Source: a virus (lineage: Duplodnaviria > Caudoviricetes). From it: DNA of 64,000 nt. How positions within the stretch are numbered: position 1 is the stretch's first letter; each line of letters starts with the position of its first letter. Under the pieces are notes generated by a model. That model was not told where the DNA came from and ran no database searches. It worked only from the letters and a program-made list of their open reading frames with translations. The position numbers and the translations under genes were made by a program. Positions 58,524 to 64,000 of this stretch are shown here, piece after piece. The DNA is taken from IMG/VR virus record IMGVR_UViG_3300008107_006173. One strand, written 5' to 3'.

Positions 58524-58692
58524 AACGCAAAAATTAGTAGTTAAAGAACGCTGCCCTGTGTGTGCTGCTACTCAGGGCAAGCCACATGATCTTGGCTGCG
58601 TGTTTGGCAATGTTATTGCTGACTCACGATATTTAGAATCACAATTAGACGAGCTGCTCAAGCAAGGCGGTCCCGTAGAATCTGATGTTTGA
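58516..58692 (+). CDS. Small putative Zn-binding protein
   Basis: CPVC...H..GC; overlaps both neighbours by 8 nt. Confidence 0.55.
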   Translation: MNRTQKLVVKERCPVCAATQGKPHDLGCVFGNVIADSRYLESQLDELLKQGGPVESDV

Positions 58693-61600
58693 TGTTTATT
58701 ATCTTGGCGAAAATCCTCAGTTAAAAGCCACGCTGCCTTTTGCGCGAGCTGTGAGCAAACTAACTGACATTCAGCCCGATACTAAAATGTATTGGCTCAT
58801 TGAGCCCAGCATTGAAGTCATAGACTATAGTGTGTTTGAATATCGTCCGCCTGACTATGATCAAACCTATGAGCATGTTTGGAAATGGAACAGCAGTAAC
58901 TACGGCGGCATTAAATTGTTGCCTAAAACCGAGCCTGCAGGAACTAAACAGATAAATCGTGTGGTATGTCGCAAAAGTTTTGACATATTATATACGCTCA
59001 CACCAGAAGAGTATTTTGACGAACATCCGTATGCTAGCCATGTGTGGTGCGTGGATCCTGAATATAAATTAAACAATAATATTGAATGGGCTCCGGATAA
59101 CTTTGAACCTAAGTTCATACATAGTTTTCATTTACGAGGCCAATTGGAGCACAAGTACCCACAGGCCGAGGGCGGTATTAAATTATATCCGCGTAATTGG
59201 AGAACCTGTGCAGTTAAATATCATAGCTTTTTAGATGCAGGTGTTGAGTATCCTGTGTTGTATGTTAGTGATGTAGAAGATTATGCTCAGCGGGATAAGT
59301 TTGCTGATGAATATGTTTGGCTTATAGATCGCGATCACAGCATTAATCCTGCTACACTGGATTGGGTACCCAGCCCGTTTGAACACAACTATATTCATGT
59401 GTTTCGTATGCCCTATCAGCTTGGAGAAAAGTATCCACAGGCTATGGGAGGAGTTAGACTTGTACCCCGCATTTGGCAAGACGCAGAAATAAAAATACAT
59501 CCTGCATGTCCAGTAGCCGATGCAGAATATGATGTATTTTATATTGATGAAGATCAGTTCAACAGCGATACCTACAGCGAATATGCTGCTAGAAGCAAAA
59601 CAGATTGGTTCTGGATTGTGGATAGAGATCATGACTTTAACGGAAAACTATTGTATGTTCCTGCACCGCACGAACAAGAATATATTCATGTGTTTAAGAT
59701 ACCAGATCACCTAGACGATAGATACCCTCAGACTGTTACTGAGCCATGGGATAATCGATGCGGTGGTGTGCGTCTTGTGCATAAGAACTACGACATGACC
59801 AAGCACAAGTATCAAGCAGGTATTGTACCAGTTCGCTATGATATTTTTTATACCAACGACATTAATAACTATGAAGCTTATGCTCGCAAAAGCAGAACTA
59901 AGATGTTTTGGTTAGTGGATCAGGAGCATGAGCTTAACGACGTGTTTAACTATGTTCCTCATCGTTATGATCAAAAGTATATTCATATATTCAAAATACC
60001 AGGTCAACTACAGCACAAATATCCTTTGAGTATTACTAATGTAAGCGACAACCGCACCGGTGGTGTTAAGTTAGTGCCTGTTAAGTACAACGAAACAGAC
60101 GCAAAATACATATCAGGCTCTCCCACAGGCAACAAACAATATCCAATTCTTTATGTAGCTGACCCCACTGATTATTCTATTGTTACACAGGACTGCTGGC
60201 TTATTGATAAAGAATATAAACTAGACAGTGATGTATCATGGGTGCCACCAGACTTCCAGCGCAATATGATTCATACTTTTCATCTTGGTGGCCAGCTTAA
60301 ACACAAATATCCAGAAGCAATGGGCGGCATCCGTTGGGTTCCAAAGTCATGGAGCAATGCAGAGCTGGTAATACACAGCATCAGTCCATTTAGGGATTTA
60401 GAGTTTGAACGGTTCAGCAGCGAAGAAGAAGGCCGTGTTAACAGTAAAAATAACTGGTTCTGGGTAATAGACCCAGATGTTGATGTATTAGATAATTTTA
60501 ACTTTGACTTTATTCCTGAGACATGGGACGAAGGCAAAACACATATTTGGCAGAAGCTAAATCCAATCACAGGTAGACAATATGATTATGCCGGGGTCAT
60601 GTTGTGTCCGAAAGTACCGCAGGCCAAAGGGCGTCCCAAATACATCCGCGAGCCTGCATGTACTCAAAAGCAATATCCGGTAATTTACTTAGATCCACAA
60701 CTCAGTATCGTTGAACAACTTACACACACAAACAGTACTGTAGCTAATTCCATGTATTGGGTTGTGGATCCTTTTACTAAAGTGCAGCCAGACTTTAAGT
60801 TTGACTACTATCCAACACAATGGGATCAACAAAATGTTCATGTATTTGCTGACGAGGACGGTAATTACAGAAACATTAGACTGTATCCTAGGGGAACTTT
60901 CAACAAAGATTATTCGTTAGCTGAGATTGAAAACAACAGTTTTGAAAAGCTCAAGCAAATAAATACTATTGGTAGTCTGCGTCCCACATGGCCAGTTGTG
61001 CATCTACAAGATGTAACCAAAACCGAACTGACCAATGCACTACAGGAAGCGATGAATCGGGGAGTACCGTTCCTGTGGACCATTGACCCCGATGTGCGTG
61101 TCGAACAATGCATTTTGGATGCAGGCTACCTTCCACAAATATCAAACATTGATAAGGTTCATGTGTGGCAGAGAATAAACCCGCACAACAGTAAAACTCA
61201 TAGCTACGGTGGGCTACGATTGTGGCCAACTAATATTAATGTTGATGCGTTGACCACTGATGCAATAAGATTAAACAAGATAAAGAACTTGCAATATGTG
61301 AAGCAAACAGGCAGCACTATTAAACCCTATGACATTGTGTTCTTAAGTTACCACGAGCCTACTGCACAAAGCGCCTACGAGCGTCTTACAGCGCGATTCT
61401 CTGCAACCTGGATCAAAGATGTTCAGGGTATCTTTGATGCACATAAAGCTGCTGCTAGCAGCGTAAACAGTAAAATGTTTTGGGTTGTAGACGCTGATGC
61501 TGACATTGCTGATGACTTTGATTTTAGTTATATTCCTGATGTTTACGATCAAGAAGTAGTGCATGTATGGGCAAGTAGGAATCCTATTACAGGATTGGAA

Positions 61601-61987
61601 TATGGCTACGGCGGTGTTAAACTGTTTAATACGGCGCAGGTGCGTACAGCAACTAGTTGGGGGTTAGACTTTACTACAGGTCTTAGCACTCGTTTTAAAG
61701 CAATGCCGCAGGTAAGTTGCGTTACGCGATTTAATACAGATTCCTATAGCACATGGCGTAGTGCTTTCCGTGAATGCGTTAAGTTAACACTAAAGGAAGA
61801 TGCTGAAAGCAAGGATAGATTAGACGGCTGGTTACACCCTGTTCCCGATGCATTCTTTAGACATGATGCTAAACAGGGTGCAGAAGAAGGCCGTGCTTAT
61901 GCATTAGCTAACAAAAACAATGTAGAAGCATTAGCAAAGATAAATGATTACGAATGGTTATATGAGCGATACAATCAAACTAGATAA
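58685..61987 (+). CDS. 1,100-aa protein of 10 tandem glycosyltransferase-like modules
   Basis: Ten copies of [FW]W-x-[VI]-D...P...H...GG[VI][KR]L. The last module is a full homolog of 37394..38392. Confidence 0.75.
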   Translation: MFDVYYLGENPQLKATLPFARAVSKLTDIQPDTKMYWLIEPSIEVIDYSVFEYRPPDYDQTYEHVWKWNSSNYGGIKLLPKTEPAGTKQINRVVCRKSFDILYTLTPEEYFDEHPYASHVWCVDPEYKLNNNIEWAPDNFEPKFIHSFHLRGQLEHKYPQAEGGIKLYPRNWRTCAVKYHSFLDAGVEYPVLYVSDVEDYAQRDKFADEYVWLIDRDHSINPATLDWVPSPFEHNYIHVFRMPYQLGEKYPQAMGGVRLVPRIWQDAEIKIHPACPVADAEYDVFYIDEDQFNSDTYSEYAARSKTDWFWIVDRDHDFNGKLLYVPAPHEQEYIHVFKIPDHLDDRYPQTVTEPWDNRCGGVRLVHKNYDMTKHKYQAGIVPVRYDIFYTNDINNYEAYARKSRTKMFWLVDQEHELNDVFNYVPHRYDQKYIHIFKIPGQLQHKYPLSITNVSDNRTGGVKLVPVKYNETDAKYISGSPTGNKQYPILYVADPTDYSIVTQDCWLIDKEYKLDSDVSWVPPDFQRNMIHTFHLGGQLKHKYPEAMGGIRWVPKSWSNAELVIHSISPFRDLEFERFSSEEEGRVNSKNNWFWVIDPDVDVLDNFNFDFIPETWDEGKTHIWQKLNPITGRQYDYAGVMLCPKVPQAKGRPKYIREPACTQKQYPVIYLDPQLSIVEQLTHTNSTVANSMYWVVDPFTKVQPDFKFDYYPTQWDQQNVHVFADEDGNYRNIRLYPRGTFNKDYSLAEIENNSFEKLKQINTIGSLRPTWPVVHLQDVTKTELTNALQEAMNRGVPFLWTIDPDVRVEQCILDAGYLPQISNIDKVHVWQRINPHNSKTHSYGGLRLWPTNINVDALTTDAIRLNKIKNLQYVKQTGSTIKPYDIVFLSYHEPTAQSAYERLTARFSATWIKDVQGIFDAHKAAASSVNSKMFWVVDADADIADDFDFSYIPDVYDQEVVHVWASRNPITGLEYGYGGVKLFNTAQVRTATSWGLDFTTGLSTRFKAMPQVSCVTRFNTDSYSTWRSAFRECVKLTLKEDAESKDRLDGWLHPVPDAFFRHDAKQGAEEGRAYALANKNNVEALAKINDYEWLYERYNQTR

Positions 61988-62639
61988 TTGGCAGGCTGTA
62001 TCTGATTTTGTTGATGCACATATAAGTATCAAGCCCAGTTACTTCGAGCGAGCTGTGCAGGGTAACTATCCTAAAGACGCATTTAGCAAAGGGCAGTTAG
62101 CCAGCAAAGCATGGTTGTTATCTAAATTAGATAGTAGCATAACAAATCATTTGCCATTTGATTCAGTTATCGCAGTTCTAGGCTGTTGGATTGGTACATT
62201 AGTTGAGCCTTTATTGGATGCAACAATGGTATCTAGAGTGTACGGCATTGATCTTGATCCTAGAGCAATTGAATTGGCAGAGAAGTTTAATCAGCATCTA
62301 GTACAGGATGATTGGAGGTTCAAAGGTGTAGTAGCTGATGCTTCTACCTTAACAACATCCAATATGGAATTTGAAACTGCTGGCGAACTAATAAGGGTTA
62401 CACCTAAAGTAGTAATTAATACCAGTTGCGAGCATATGGACACTCATTGGTTTGAAACAGCTAATTCAGATCAATTGATTATTATGCAAACCAATGACAG
62501 TGAAGGGTACGACGGTCATATCAACATTTGTAAGGACCTAGCTGACCTCAATGCTAAATATCCTATGTCCACCATACTTTATCAAGGACAACTAACTATC
62601 CCTGCATACACAAGATTTATGCAGATTGGATACAAATAA
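61962..62639 (+). CDS. Class I SAM-dependent methyltransferase-like protein
   Basis: VLGCWIG (motif I variant), GIDLD, ADA and INTSCEHM. Confidence 0.65.
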   Translation: MSDTIKLDNWQAVSDFVDAHISIKPSYFERAVQGNYPKDAFSKGQLASKAWLLSKLDSSITNHLPFDSVIAVLGCWIGTLVEPLLDATMVSRVYGIDLDPRAIELAEKFNQHLVQDDWRFKGVVADASTLTTSNMEFETAGELIRVTPKVVINTSCEHMDTHWFETANSDQLIIMQTNDSEGYDGHINICKDLADLNAKYPMSTILYQGQLTIPAYTRFMQIGYK

Positions 62640-62648
62640 GAGAACACA

Positions 62649-63977
62649 ATGACTTTTAAGCCACCACACAGTTTCCCAATTAACACAGCAACATCATGCC
62701 AATTCAAGTGGACATGGAGCACAGTATTTCTATCAGTAGGCACAAGTTCCAGCTGTCATCGTTGTAAAGGTTGGGACGTGAGTGAGATTATGGACGACTT
62801 CCATAACCACCCTGGTAAGCTAGAAGATAGAAAGCAAATGCTCGACGGTAAGTGGCCTGGAAATGGTTGTGAGTATTGTCGTGATATTGAAGTAGCAGGC
62901 GGCACCAGCGAACGAACTGCATATATTAATGATATGCAAGTAAGTCCACCAGAGCTTGACGTTGATCCTACTGCTGTAAAAGTCACACCAAGAATCTTAG
63001 AAGTTTATTTCAACAATGTCTGTAACCAAAAGTGCGTTTACTGTTCTCCTTTCTTTAGCAGTCTAATTCAAAAGGAAGTTGAGAAGTTTGGACCTTTAGA
63101 AAACGAATATGATCTAATGGGCTTTAAGGAAAAACCAGGCTACGAACAACGCAAAGATAAGTTTTGGATATGGATGGACAAGAATTCACATCACTTGTTA
63201 CAGTTTCAGATCCTAGGTGGCGAACCTTTGTATCAAGATGAGTTTGAAGAATGCTTAGAGTTCTTTGAACAGCGTAGTCATCCTAATTTAAATTGGAAGA
63301 TCTTTAGTAACCTAAAACACCGGCATGATCTCTTTAAAAAGAAGATTGATCGTATTTCTGCTTTGATCAGAGAAGGCAAGCTCAAGAGCTTTGAAATTGT
63401 TTGCAGTATGGATTGCTGGGGACCACAAGCAGAATATAGCCGCTATGGTGTTAAGCTAGACGAGTGGGAGCAGAACTTCCAGTACCTAGTTGATAATCAT
63501 CTAGTAGATATCAGCGTACACTCAACTATTACCCCAGTGTCACTACCAACTATGGCAGAGTTCTATAGAAAGATTATGGCATGGAACACATATCGCATTG
63601 AGAAGCAGGGTGCTATGGGCTTAGTTGATACACAGATTAAAGTTGTTAACTTTGGTTGGAATATTGTAGTAACACCAACGCATATGGATCCGTGTATGCT
63701 AGGCGAATATGCTGCACCATTCTTTGACGAACTGCTATCAGTTATTCCCGACGACGATAACCGTAAGCTCTATCTAAAGGGCTTTAAGACCAAAGTAGTT
63801 AAGAGTCCTATTGATCCTATTCGTTTGCATCGTTTAGCAAACTATCTAGATAAGATTGACTTTAGAAGAAAAACAAATTGGCGTTCATTGTATCCTTGGC
63901 TTGAGGAAATTGTTAATTCATATATTCCAAACGAGCCTGTTCCTGAAGTAAACGCTACACTAATCAAAAACATCTAA
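62649..63977 (+). CDS. Radical SAM enzyme 5 with N-terminal twitch/SPASM-like domain
   Basis: CNQKCVYC and GGEP; N-terminal CQFKW...SCHRC...CEYC. Confidence 0.9.
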   Translation: MTFKPPHSFPINTATSCQFKWTWSTVFLSVGTSSSCHRCKGWDVSEIMDDFHNHPGKLEDRKQMLDGKWPGNGCEYCRDIEVAGGTSERTAYINDMQVSPPELDVDPTAVKVTPRILEVYFNNVCNQKCVYCSPFFSSLIQKEVEKFGPLENEYDLMGFKEKPGYEQRKDKFWIWMDKNSHHLLQFQILGGEPLYQDEFEECLEFFEQRSHPNLNWKIFSNLKHRHDLFKKKIDRISALIREGKLKSFEIVCSMDCWGPQAEYSRYGVKLDEWEQNFQYLVDNHLVDISVHSTITPVSLPTMAEFYRKIMAWNTYRIEKQGAMGLVDTQIKVVNFGWNIVVTPTHMDPCMLGEYAAPFFDELLSVIPDDDNRKLYLKGFKTKVVKSPIDPIRLHRLANYLDKIDFRRKTNWRSLYPWLEEIVNSYIPNEPVPEVNATLIKNI

Positions 63978-64000
63978 TACACAGTCAAAAAGAAACCCTC

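Noticed and set aside
83-62986. The many 60-190-aa minus-strand and off-frame ORFs in the track (for example 2486..3052, 23320..23898, 35689..35931, 42201..42635)
   Set aside because: They lie wholly within long motif-bearing + genes and have no RBS or recognisable motifs; they are shadow ORFs.
39242-63977. RiPP cluster (rSAM-SPASM enzymes with a precursor peptide)
   Set aside because: No leader/core-type precursor, RRE, peptidase or transporter was seen, and the neighbours are overwhelmingly carbohydrate-active. Kept only as a minor alternative.
1-64000. tRNA genes, CRISPR arrays, IS elements or integrase
   Set aside because: The few intergenic gaps show no cloverleaf, spaced direct repeats or transposase/recombinase motifs.

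Overview
The window is a 64-kb piece of a large T4-like (myovirus-type) tailed phage genome in the standard genetic code. Almost every real gene is on the + strand; most minus-strand ORFs in the track are shadows. Bases 1-33,460 are a late structural block: the end of an M23 peptidase, a gp5/Vgr-like hub, a lysozyme-like protein, gp25, an extended gp6-like wedge, two giant virion ORFs (1,592 and 5,544 aa) that look like one ~7,160-aa protein broken by a +1 frame change at ~13,315, an adaptor-like protein, a tail fibre with a C-terminal autocleaving-chaperone-like domain, and a further structural protein. Bases 33,840-64,000 are a ~30-kb tailoring-enzyme cluster: 4 GT-A-like glycosyltransferases (one built from 10 tandem modules), 2 GT10-like proteins, 5 radical SAM enzymes with an N-terminal auxiliary-cluster domain, 6 SGNH-like proteins, a UDP-glucose dehydrogenase, a NodU-type carbamoyltransferase, a sulfotransferase-like protein, a degenerate NeuB, 2 methyltransferases and a class II aldolase. 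Several of these genes follow T4-late-like xxTAAATA motifs. The best candidate for an undescribed system is this late-expressed glycan or hypermodification pathway next to the tail genes. Its target (virion proteins, host envelope or phage DNA) cannot be decided from this window. All family assignments come from motif recognition by eye; no database search was run.
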